From assembly GCA_964247135.1 (NCBI GenBank), contig CAXTTL010000175.1, forward strand, positions 1 through 10,314: a stretch of 10,314 nt of DNA, in the 5' to 3' direction. Under the pieces are notes generated by a model that saw only the letters and a program-made list of their open reading frames with translations, was not told where the DNA came from and ran no database searches. This document shows positions 1 to 7,526 of this stretch, in pieces. This DNA comes from an uncultured Deinococcales bacterium (GTDB taxonomy: Bacteria; Deinococcota; Deinococci; Deinococcales; JAAFIG01). Position 1 is the first letter of the stretch. Each line of letters starts with the position of its first letter. Both the position numbers and the translations under genes were made by a program.

Positions 1-30
1 ATCACCATCTGCACTTTAAGGAATACCAAC

Positions 31-489
31 ATGCCCATCCTTTTTTACGGAACTCGAGAAGTCCCTTACGGCTGCTTCTCGAACTTCAGCGCCCACAAAT
101 TCAAGCTCGAGAACATCGAATGGCGCACGAGTGAGCATTACTTTCAAGCCATGAAATTCTATCCGCACTGGGATCACATTAATGCCCTTCGCGCCATGCC
201 AAGCCCCATGCAGGTTGCCAAAGCGGGACGCTCGAGAGCCAGACCACTGCGCCCAGACTGGGAACAAGTCAAAGACGACATCATGCGGGCTGCCGTGCTC
301 GCCAAATTCTCGCAAAACCTCAAGATTCAAAACGTGCTGCTCGAGACTGGAACTGAAGATTTAATTGAGAACACCACGCACGACCATTACTGGGGTTGCG
401 GCAGCACTGGAACGGGAAAAAACATGCTCGGCATTATTTTGATGGAAACCCGAGAGATACTGCGCTCGAGATTGGAGAACAAAACATGA
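31..489 (+). CDS. NADAR family protein (YbiA/RibX-like N-glycosidase, COG3236), 152 aa
   Basis: Motifs YGCFSNF, WRTSEHYFQAMKF, RPDWEQVKDDIM..AVLAKFSQN, LLETG..DLIE, YWGCG..GTGKNMLG.ILMETR are typical of NADAR. SD-like AAGGA at 18-22. Confidence 0.93.
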   Translation: MPILFYGTREVPYGCFSNFSAHKFKLENIEWRTSEHYFQAMKFYPHWDHINALRAMPSPMQVAKAGRSRARPLRPDWEQVKDDIMRAAVLAKFSQNLKIQNVLLETGTEDLIENTTHDHYWGCGSTGTGKNMLGIILMETREILRSRLENKT

Positions 490-1370
490 ACCCATTACAA
501 CGCGCTCGAGTGAGTCTTGAAGGTTTATCAATTGGTGATGCCTTTGGGCAGCAATTCTTTTTCACCAATGGCGTTTATGAAGCGATAGCTGAACGTCAAC
601 TCCCCTCAGCGCCTTGGTATTACACCGACGACACCATGATGGCGTTCTCAATTTATGACTCGCTCGAGAATCACGGTTGCATTGATGCAGACAAATTGGC
701 GTTGATGTTCGCAAAACGCTACACCAATGATCCCGCTCGAGGTTACGGCGGCGGAATGCACGATACGTTGCGAGCAATTCAAAAAGGTGAACATTGGCAA
801 AAAGTCACAACACAAGCCTTTGGAGGTATGGGTTCATTCGGAAATGGTGCTGCCATGCGAGTTGCACTCCTGGGCGCATATTTTGCAGATGGTCTCGAAC
901 GGGTGGTTTCTGAAGCCACACTTTCGGCTCGAGTGACCCACGCACACATGGAAGGCATTGCAGGTGCGATTGCAGTAGCGGTTGCAACAGCCTTAGCGCA
1001 ACAAGGTCAAGTTATTGGCAAAGAATTCCTTGAGAAAGTCATTGAACTTACACCTGACAGTGAAGTGAAAAGCAAGCTGGCTCGAGCAACAAAGTACACA
1101 GAATACACTCCTATAGAAACAGCCATTCATCAACTTGGCGTGGGTTGGGGAGTCTCGGCACAAGATACAGTTCCATTTTGCATTTGGTGTGCTTCAAAAC
1201 ACCTCGAGAATTTTGTTGATGCCATGTGGTACACGGTCAGCGGTCTTGGAGATCGAGACACCACTTGCGCGATTGTCGGCGGCATTGTCGCGGCTCGAGT
1301 TGGAATGGAAGGCATTCCGAACGCTTGGCGTACTGCTAGAGAAGATTTGCAAATTTGGGAATCAACATGA
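486..1370 (+). CDS. ADP-ribosylglycohydrolase (ARH/DraG family), 294 aa
   Basis: GDAFG, YTDDT, GNGAAMR, VTH and GDRDT metal-binding motifs are all present. Start moved from the ORF-track 396 to ATG 486 (ATGA overlap with the NADAR stop, GGAG at 474-477). Confidence 0.93.
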   Translation: MNPLQRARVSLEGLSIGDAFGQQFFFTNGVYEAIAERQLPSAPWYYTDDTMMAFSIYDSLENHGCIDADKLALMFAKRYTNDPARGYGGGMHDTLRAIQKGEHWQKVTTQAFGGMGSFGNGAAMRVALLGAYFADGLERVVSEATLSARVTHAHMEGIAGAIAVAVATALAQQGQVIGKEFLEKVIELTPDSEVKSKLARATKYTEYTPIETAIHQLGVGWGVSAQDTVPFCIWCASKHLENFVDAMWYTVSGLGDRDTTCAIVGGIVAARVGMEGIPNAWRTAREDLQIWEST

Positions 1371-1816
1371 AATACATCCAATGCCCCACCGAATACAACC
1401 CGCACCACCTCGAGCCAACCCTTTTTCTGGCGGGTGGAATCTCGAGTTGCCCAGATTGGCAAACTGAATTGACTGCAAAACTCGTGCGCACGAATTGGAC
1501 TGTTCTCAACCCGCGTCGAACAGATTTTGATGCAGAAAACTCGAGCTTGGCAATTCAGCAAATTGATTGGGAGTTTCGGCATTTGCGGCTTGCCAGTGCA
1601 ATCGCGTTTTGGTTTCCACCGCAAACACTTTGCCCGATCACCTTGTACGAATTGGGTGCGTGGAGCATGACGAACAAGAAGCTTTTTGTGGGTGTTGACC
1701 CGAATTATCAGCGCCTTTTGGATGTCAAAATTCAAACCCAACTCGCTCGTCCTGATGTTGTTGTGCTCGAGTCGTTGACGGATTTGGCTGATGTACTCAT
1801 AGGAGGTATTTTATGA
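1367..1816 (+). CDS. Nucleoside 2-deoxyribosyltransferase-like protein (NDT fold, Nuc_deoxyri_tr2-like), 149 aa
   Basis: LFLAGGI..CPDWQ, VLNPRR, QQIDWE and CPITLYELG (putative catalytic Glu). Start at ATG 1367 overlaps the upstream TGA (ATGA). Confidence 0.85.
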   Translation: MKYIQCPTEYNPHHLEPTLFLAGGISSCPDWQTELTAKLVRTNWTVLNPRRTDFDAENSSLAIQQIDWEFRHLRLASAIAFWFPPQTLCPITLYELGAWSMTNKKLFVGVDPNYQRLLDVKIQTQLARPDVVVLESLTDLADVLIGGIL

Positions 1817-2427
1817 ATATTTTAGGACTCGAGATTCCGCAATGGTTCTGGGATTACTCTGGCTCGGTGGCGGTGGTTGTTTCGCTGGTGTACCTGTTCA
1901 AAAAGCACATTGCGTACTGGCATTGGTCGAATCTTTCTGTCGTGCCGTTCTTTATTTTGTTCGTCGCTCAGGGCGCGTGGTTGTTCGCGGGACTGCAAGT
2001 TTCGTACCTAATTTTTGGCATTCACGGTTTGTACTTGTGGTTTCTCGAGCAACGCCGCGACAGGGGAGAGATTCGTTTTAACGAACCCGCTTGGTACGCC
2101 GTGACCTGGGCGGTCAGTCTGGCGATTTTTGTTTACACGGTGTACCTGACCGATTTTTCCAACCCTTGGAATTGGTTGCAATTCGCCATTGTCGGCATTC
2201 AGTTGATTGCCAATTTCGGCACGACGCGCAAATGGACTTGGAGTTGGGCGGTTTGGATTCTGACCAACATCATGAGCGTTGTTTACTTTTCACACGCGCA
2301 AATTTGGGGTCAGTTTGGTTTGCAATTTATACTGATTGCACTGTCAATCAAAGGTTGGATGGACTGGGCAAAGGATGACAAGCAACTTGAAACTCGAGGT
2401 TTAAACCGTGTCGAAGCTGTTTCGTAA
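1813..2427 (+). CDS. pnuC: PnuC-family transporter, probably nicotinamide riboside, 204 aa
   Basis: Hydrophobic Trp-rich multi-TM protein with internal two-fold repeat (KKHIAYW...GLYLW / RKWTWSW...GWMDW) and a WxxW motif. AGGAGG at 1801-1806, ATGA overlap, directly upstream of a NadR-like gene. Confidence 0.85.
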   Translation: MNILGLEIPQWFWDYSGSVAVVVSLVYLFKKHIAYWHWSNLSVVPFFILFVAQGAWLFAGLQVSYLIFGIHGLYLWFLEQRRDRGEIRFNEPAWYAVTWAVSLAIFVYTVYLTDFSNPWNWLQFAIVGIQLIANFGTTRKWTWSWAVWILTNIMSVVYFSHAQIWGQFGLQFILIALSIKGWMDWAKDDKQLETRGLNRVEAVS

Positions 2428-3379
2428 CGGTTTGGTGGTTGGAAAGTTCGCGCCGCCGCACAAGGGGCATCAATTGCTGCTCGAGACAGCCTTAAATCAG
2501 TGCCAACAAGTCACGGTGTTGGTCTACTCAAACCCAGATTTCCCGAACATGCCTTCCAAAACCCGAGCAGCCTGGATTCTCGAGTTGTACCCGAACTTGC
2601 GGGTGATTGTGCCAGAAAACCCGCCGCACAACGACGCGGACGATTTCACGCAACGCGAGTTTATCAAAAAATTTCTCGAGCGAGAAAACATTGCCCTTGA
2701 TGTGGTGTTCACGAGCGAATCTTACGGCGCAGGATTTGCAGCGCATTTGCAAGTGGAGCACGTACTTGTTGACCTCGAGCGCGAACAAATCCCAATTTCA
2801 GGAACTCGAGTTCGGCAAAATATTCATGCGAACCGTGAAATGCTTGACCCAAAAATCTACAAGCATTTTGTGCAAAAAATCGTCTTTATGGGCGCGGAAA
2901 GTACAGGCAAAAGCACCTTGACCGAACGACTCGCGCTCGAGTTTCAAACCAATTTCGTTGCCGAGTACGGACGTGAAGTTTGGATGCAAAAAAATGGGAT
3001 GCTCGCGCTTGAGGATTATGTTTACATCGCCAAGCATCACCAACAACTCGAGGATGCGGCGCTTCCCGAGTCGAACCGATTTTTGTTTGTGGACACCAAC
3101 GCGATCACGACCATGTTCTGGTGTTATGCCTACGAAGGTGCTGGACTTCCAGAACTCACAGATTTGGCTCGAGTTGCCGAATTCCGTTACGATCACGTGT
3201 TTGTTTGCAACGACGACATTCCATTTGTTCAAGATGGGTGGCGCGACGATGCTGTTTGGCGCTCGAGGCAGCAAAGTATAATCTTGTACGATTTAACCGT
3301 TCGGGGCGTACCGTTTACGTTGGTCAGCGGGTCGCTCGAGGAACGGGTTACTCAAGTTAAAGCGCTGTTGGATTTGTAG
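2408..3379 (+). CDS. nadR: NadR-type bifunctional NMN adenylyltransferase / ribosylnicotinamide kinase without HTH domain, 323 aa
   Basis: N-terminal nucleotidyltransferase GKFAPPHKGH (HxGH) and ISGT motif. C-terminal P-loop GAESTGKST, EYGR, FVDTN, DIPFVQDGWR. GTG start, GAGG at 2396-2399, 20-nt overlap with pnuC. Confidence 0.9.
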   Translation: MSKLFRNGLVVGKFAPPHKGHQLLLETALNQCQQVTVLVYSNPDFPNMPSKTRAAWILELYPNLRVIVPENPPHNDADDFTQREFIKKFLERENIALDVVFTSESYGAGFAAHLQVEHVLVDLEREQIPISGTRVRQNIHANREMLDPKIYKHFVQKIVFMGAESTGKSTLTERLALEFQTNFVAEYGREVWMQKNGMLALEDYVYIAKHHQQLEDAALPESNRFLFVDTNAITTMFWCYAYEGAGLPELTDLARVAEFRYDHVFVCNDDIPFVQDGWRDDAVWRSRQQSIILYDLTVRGVPFTLVSGSLEERVTQVKALLDL

Positions 3380-3553
3380 GGGTGCTGCTGCTGCTTGATC
3401 CCAAGACGCACCTGTCTTGCCCTTAAAGCAGCACCTTGCGGGCTTGGGTGCTTCGGGCAGGATCGCTTGACCATTAAAATGCACCTTCTTGAACCTAAGC
3501 GTGCACCTTGCGGCAGGTTCGCTCACGGGCATGGTCGTTCGCTGCGCCCTTGC
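3376..3553. repeat. Structured intergenic element: imperfect terminal inverted repeat enclosing two degenerate ~72-nt tandem units (REP/MITE-like or ncRNA)
   Basis: GTAGGGGTGCTGC (3376-3388) pairs with GCTGCGCCCTTGC (3541-3553) at 12/13 positions counting G-U. GCTTGA at 3393/3465, GCACCTTGCGG at 3431/3503 and CGGGCA at 3454/3526 are each 72 nt apart. Confidence 0.6.
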
Positions 3554-3555
3554 GT

Positions 3556-5349
3556 TTATTCGCTGCTCGAGAGGACTGCCAAGAACGCCTCTTGCGGCAC
3601 TTCGACGGTACCAATGTTTTTCATGCGGGCTTTGCCTTTTTTCTGTTTGTTCAACAGTTTTTTCTTTCTCGAGATATCGCCGCCGTAACATTTTGCCAGC
3701 ACATCTTTGCGGTATGCCTTGACGGTGGCTCGAGCGATAATCTTACCGCCAATCGCGGCTTGAATCGGCACGGCAAACATTTGGCGCGGGATGACTTCCG
3801 CCATTTTCTCGACAATTTTGCGTCCCAAAGGGTCGGCTTTGTCTTTGTGACAAATGATCGCCAGGGCGTCCACGATGTCGCCGTTGACCAAAATGCCGAC
3901 CTTGACCAGGTCGCCCTCACGGTAGCCAATCTGTTCGTAATCCATGCTGGCGTAACCCCTGGACAGACTCTTCAAACGGTCGTGAAAGTCGTAGAGCACT
4001 TCGCCGAATGGGACTTCGTAACGCAGCTCGACGCGTTTGCCGATGTACTGCATGTCTTTCATCACGCCGCGTTTTTCGACCAGCAACTGCATGGTGCTGC
4101 CGACGTATTCTTCGGGCAGGATAATGCTGAGTTTGATGTACGGCTCTTCGATGCTGTCCACGCGGTCCATCGTGGGCAAGCCAGACGGGTTTTGCAGTAA
4201 ATAACTCGAGCCGTCGGAAAGGTTGATTTTGTAAATTACACTCGGTGCGGTGGCGATCAAATCCATGTCAAACTCGCGCTCGAGCCGTTCTTGAACCACT
4301 TCGGCGTGAAGCAGTCCCAAAAATCCGCAACGAAAACCAAAGCCCAGCGCCTCGGAGGTTTCAGGCTCGAAAGTCAACGCGGCGTCGTTGAGTTGCAGTT
4401 TCTCGAGCGCCTCGCGGAGTTTTGGGTATTCGGCGGTGTCGGTGGGGTACAAGCCGCTGAACACCACGGGTTGCGCGGGTTTAAAACCAGGGAACGGTTC
4501 GGCGGTGGACCGCATAAAACCGGTCACGGTATCGCCCACTTGGGCGTCGTGAATGTCTTTGATCGCCGCCGTAAAAAACCCGACCTCGCCAGCCTCGAGC
4601 ACTTCTGAAACCTCGAGCGCGGGACGGAAAACGCCGACCTTATCGACTTCGACGACCTTGCCCGTGTTCCACATTTTGACCTTGTCGCCGCGTTTGATGC
4701 TGCCCTCGAGCACCCGCACAAACGGAATCACGCCCTGGTAGGCGTCGAAGACCGTGTCAAAAATAAGTGCTTTTAAAGGTTCGCTGCTGTTGCCGCTCGG
4801 CGGCGGAATGCGTTTGACGATGGCTTCCAGAATCTCGTGAACGCCAATGCCCGATTTGGCGCTGGCGAAAATCGCGCCGTCGGCGGGAATGCCGATCACT
4901 TCCTCGAGTTCGCGGGCGGCGCCCTCGGGGTCGGCGGCGGGCAAATCGATTTTGTTGATGACCGGAATGATCTCGAGATTACTATCAATTGCCAGGTACG
5001 CGTTGACGATGGTTTGCGCCTCGACGCCCTGCGAGGCATCGACCAAGAGCAGCACGCCCTCGCAGGCGGCAAGGGACTTCGAGACTTCATAGTTGAAATC
5101 GACATGCCCTGGGGTGTCAATCAAATTCAGGGCGTACTCTTGACCGTCGTCGGCGGTGTAAGACAAGCGCACGGGCGTCGCCTTGATCGTGATGCCGCGT
5201 TCACGCTCGAGTTCCAGGGTATCTAGGGTTTGCTCGCGTTTGTCGCGCTCCGACATTCCCCCCGTCAACTCGAGAATCCTGTCCGCAAGGGTGCTTTTGC
5301 CGTGATCGACGTGGGCGATAATTGAGAAATTTCTGATTTTTTCAAACAT
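3556..5349 (-). CDS. lepA: Elongation factor 4 (LepA), 597 aa
   Basis: [54 protein letters not shown] and C-terminal [31 protein letters not shown]. Confidence 0.99.
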   Translation of the reverse strand: MFEKIRNFSIIAHVDHGKSTLADRILELTGGMSERDKREQTLDTLELERERGITIKATPVRLSYTADDGQEYALNLIDTPGHVDFNYEVSKSLAACEGVLLLVDASQGVEAQTIVNAYLAIDSNLEIIPVINKIDLPAADPEGAARELEEVIGIPADGAIFASAKSGIGVHEILEAIVKRIPPPSGNSSEPLKALIFDTVFDAYQGVIPFVRVLEGSIKRGDKVKMWNTGKVVEVDKVGVFRPALEVSEVLEAGEVGFFTAAIKDIHDAQVGDTVTGFMRSTAEPFPGFKPAQPVVFSGLYPTDTAEYPKLREALEKLQLNDAALTFEPETSEALGFGFRCGFLGLLHAEVVQERLEREFDMDLIATAPSVIYKINLSDGSSYLLQNPSGLPTMDRVDSIEEPYIKLSIILPEEYVGSTMQLLVEKRGVMKDMQYIGKRVELRYEVPFGEVLYDFHDRLKSLSRGYASMDYEQIGYREGDLVKVGILVNGDIVDALAIICHKDKADPLGRKIVEKMAEVIPRQMFAVPIQAAIGGKIIARATVKAYRKDVLAKCYGGDISRKKKLLNKQKKGKARMKNIGTVEVPQEAFLAVLSSSE

Positions 5350-5421
5350 ATTTTGGCTTTCAAATGGTTTAGGTTGGCTCGAGAATATTTCAGTTTATTA
5401 TGATCAATTTGTTTGGATCTT

Positions 5422-5449
5422 GTAGGGGTGAACCTTGTGTTCACCCTTG
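5422..5449. repeat. REP-like palindrome with GTAG foot
   Basis: GTAGGGGTGAAC-CTTGT-GTTCACCCTTG: perfect 8-bp stem GGGTGAAC/GTTCACCC (5426-5433/5439-5446), extendable with wobble pairs, in the lepA divergent intergenic region. Confidence 0.6.
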
Positions 5450-5635
5450 ATGACGGCGATTTTAAGTTTTGTGCGAAATTGAATTGAATCGTCTCGAATG
5501 TAAACAAAACACATGCCTGATTCGTCAGGCTCGAGAAGTGTACCATTTTGGCGCGAAGACATTTGTAAGTTTTTAAGATTGAGGCTTTTGGCACGTTTGT
5601 AATCGTTTCGACACACGTCTAATCCGTTTCGCGCC

Positions 5636-5641
5636 TAGAAT
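5636..5641 (+). promoter_or_regulatory. Putative -10 element (TAGAAT) for a leaderless or short-leader transcript
   Basis: TANNNT hexamer 8 nt before ATG 5650, with no Shine-Dalgarno sequence. Confidence 0.45.
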
Positions 5642-5649
5642 CTTGCGCA

Positions 5650-6969
5650 ATGCGTCGCTGGTTTTTCGTCACTTTTTTGACGTTTTGCACCTCGAGTTTT
5701 GCGTCCGCGCTCGGGTGGGACGTTAGCGTGCCTGGCGCGAGGGCGAGGCTGGGTTTTGGCGGCGGTTTTTTTGTCGGCGCGTGGTCAGAACTCAGGCTCG
5801 AGGTGTCTGGCGCGGGTGCGTATCAAGTGCATTTGGATTCGCAATCTGGACGTTACCGCGACGGTTTCAAACCTTTAACAGCGACGTTGAGGGTCCCTGA
5901 AGGTTCGGGCGTGCGGGTTCAAACACTTCAGATTCCCCTCTCAAATCATGTTGCGAAACTCAGGCTCACAGGCGAGGCAGGCTCTCAAACCGTGACGCTC
6001 GAGCCTTTTGATTCGGCAATGGCAATCAGTGTCACTGACGGCGTGGCGGGTGCTCGAGGGAATTCGTTTGAACTCTCGAGCGACGATCTGCCAGCCAACC
6101 CGGCGCTGTTGTTGGGTGTGCCCGAAGTGGTGGTGGGCAACAATCTGGTGCCGCCCGCATCGTTGCTGGCGGCGCTGGCGGCGGGTTCTCGGGTATTTAT
6201 GAAGCCCGGGAACCAAATCTTGCCAAAACTGAGCGGCGCCATCGGTTTGGGCAGGCTCGAGCGCGACCCTGCAAGCAGCCGTTTGCCCGCCACCGTCAAT
6301 TTGGAAGCCCTGGCGCGATCTTTGGTGCCAACGGTAGACGTTCCACCTGGACGGCACACCTTTTTGGGCTGGTGGGCGGTGGCTGGTTTTGTGGTAGGCT
6401 TGGGAATTTTCAGTGCGCGTCGGACCGAGCGTGCTTTTGTGATCGGTTCGGCAGCTTTCATGTTTTTGTTCGGTATGGTCGGTTTCTGGGCGTTTGCGCC
6501 ACAAACCGCTTTCACCCAAAACACGACGCAAGTTTTGATCGGCGCTCGAGGTTGGGGTTTAAAAATGAATCTGGTGTCAAGGTTTGATTTGCAAGCCTCG
6601 ACGGTCGCCTTGCCAATGGGTGCAAAGTCTTTGACTGGCGAATCCCTCGAGTACCTGACCGACCGAGTCAACCTCAAAACTTTGGCTTGGCAAAAGCATT
6701 CGTACCTGCTGCCGCCGGTGGTCGGTGCCGTATCGCTGCGGGTTGTGAATCAAAGAATCGAGAACATTGGCAGCCAAATGTTTAGTGAAATTCAGGTGGT
6801 CGGTTCCGGCGTTCAAGAACCCATCGCTCCAGGGAAAAACGCCAAAATATCGCAAACCGGTTATTCCAGCCAGTTCAATTTCGAGGCTTTGCCCATCGGT
6901 TCGGTGGTCGGCAAGGTCAAAGGCGTGCCAGCCAAATTCGTGATTGCCCTACCCGAGGACACCCAATGA
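5650..6969 (+). CDS. Hypothetical exported/membrane protein, 439 aa
   Basis: N-terminal signal peptide (MRRWFFVTFLTFCTSSFASA), two central TM helices (FLGWWAVAGFVVGLGIF; FVIGSAAFMFLFGMVGFWAF), long ORF, ATGA-coupled to the next gene. Confidence 0.8.
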   Translation: MRRWFFVTFLTFCTSSFASALGWDVSVPGARARLGFGGGFFVGAWSELRLEVSGAGAYQVHLDSQSGRYRDGFKPLTATLRVPEGSGVRVQTLQIPLSNHVAKLRLTGEAGSQTVTLEPFDSAMAISVTDGVAGARGNSFELSSDDLPANPALLLGVPEVVVGNNLVPPASLLAALAAGSRVFMKPGNQILPKLSGAIGLGRLERDPASSRLPATVNLEALARSLVPTVDVPPGRHTFLGWWAVAGFVVGLGIFSARRTERAFVIGSAAFMFLFGMVGFWAFAPQTAFTQNTTQVLIGARGWGLKMNLVSRFDLQASTVALPMGAKSLTGESLEYLTDRVNLKTLAWQKHSYLLPPVVGAVSLRVVNQRIENIGSQMFSEIQVVGSGVQEPIAPGKNAKISQTGYSSQFNFEALPIGSVVGKVKGVPAKFVIALPEDTQ

Positions 6970-7526
6970 TTCACCATCCATTTGATGATGTGCAACTTTC
7001 CAAACCTGTGCCGCCGCCACGGAACCCCTTGCCTCCAGCCTTGCAACTCGAGTTGGCGTATCAAATGGTGCTGGTCGGCTGTCTGATCGAAATGCTGTTG
7101 ACCGTTTTCTTGTCACCTCGAGGTGAGGCAAATGCGCCTGTGGTCTTTCAATCGGTGGCTGCCTTTCGGGCTTTGGTGTTGCTGGGCTTGACGCTGCTGG
7201 TCTTGCCTTACAAAACCCGTGTTGTTCTGCCCGCCCTGCTAATCTGGGCAGCCATGTTGTCCGCCCCAGAATTGTGGGCGTTTGCGCTCGAGGCTCGAGC
7301 GGGAATGCCGTTGAGTTTGGTCGGAACGCCGCTGTTGGCGCTCGGCATTCAGGCGAGTTTTAGGTTGCATTCCAAACTTGGGCTGGTTTACTTGGGGCTG
7401 CTGCTGGGCAGTGTGCTCTTGCCCACAGCTTGGAATGCGTTTTTCAGCATGGTTCAACCCGCAATCCCAATATGGCTGATCATCTCGAGTCTCATGTGTT
7501 TGGTGGCATACTGGAAGGACGCATGA
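6966..7526 (+). CDS. Hypothetical integral membrane protein, 186 aa
   Basis: About 5-6 hydrophobic segments. ATGA overlaps at both ends (6966-6969 and 7523-7526). Confidence 0.75.
   Translation: MIHHPFDDVQLSKPVPPPRNPLPPALQLELAYQMVLVGCLIEMLLTVFLSPRGEANAPVVFQSVAAFRALVLLGLTLLVLPYKTRVVLPALLIWAAMLSAPELWAFALEARAGMPLSLVGTPLLALGIQASFRLHSKLGLVYLGLLLGSVLLPTAWNAFFSMVQPAIPIWLIISSLMCLVAYWKDA

Noticed and set aside
396-485. ORF-track N-terminal extension of the ARH gene (similar extensions at 1355 and 7430)
   Set aside because: They overlap upstream genes. ATGA-coupled starts at 486, 1367 and 7523 fit better.
28-1369. AACATG at the start of three consecutive operon genes
   Set aside because: Only 3 nt beyond ATG are shared, which A-rich initiation context explains.
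3376-3553. Intergenic element as 6S RNA, SRP RNA, glycine riboswitch or hammerhead ribozyme
   Set aside because: The size fits 6S, but the fold looks multibranched and tandem rather than a rod. The SRP, glycine-aptamer and CUGANGA/GAAA consensus motifs are absent.
3293-4200. ORFs 3293-3691 (-), 3395-3688 (+), 3489-3722 (+) and 3508-4200 (+)
   Set aside because: Shadow or alternative frames over lepA and the structured intergenic element, with no recognisable protein features.
5941-6677. Long antisense ORFs of 196 and 230 aa (also 1130-1741 on the - strand)
   Set aside because: Antisense shadows of well-supported + strand genes, with no start signals or motifs.
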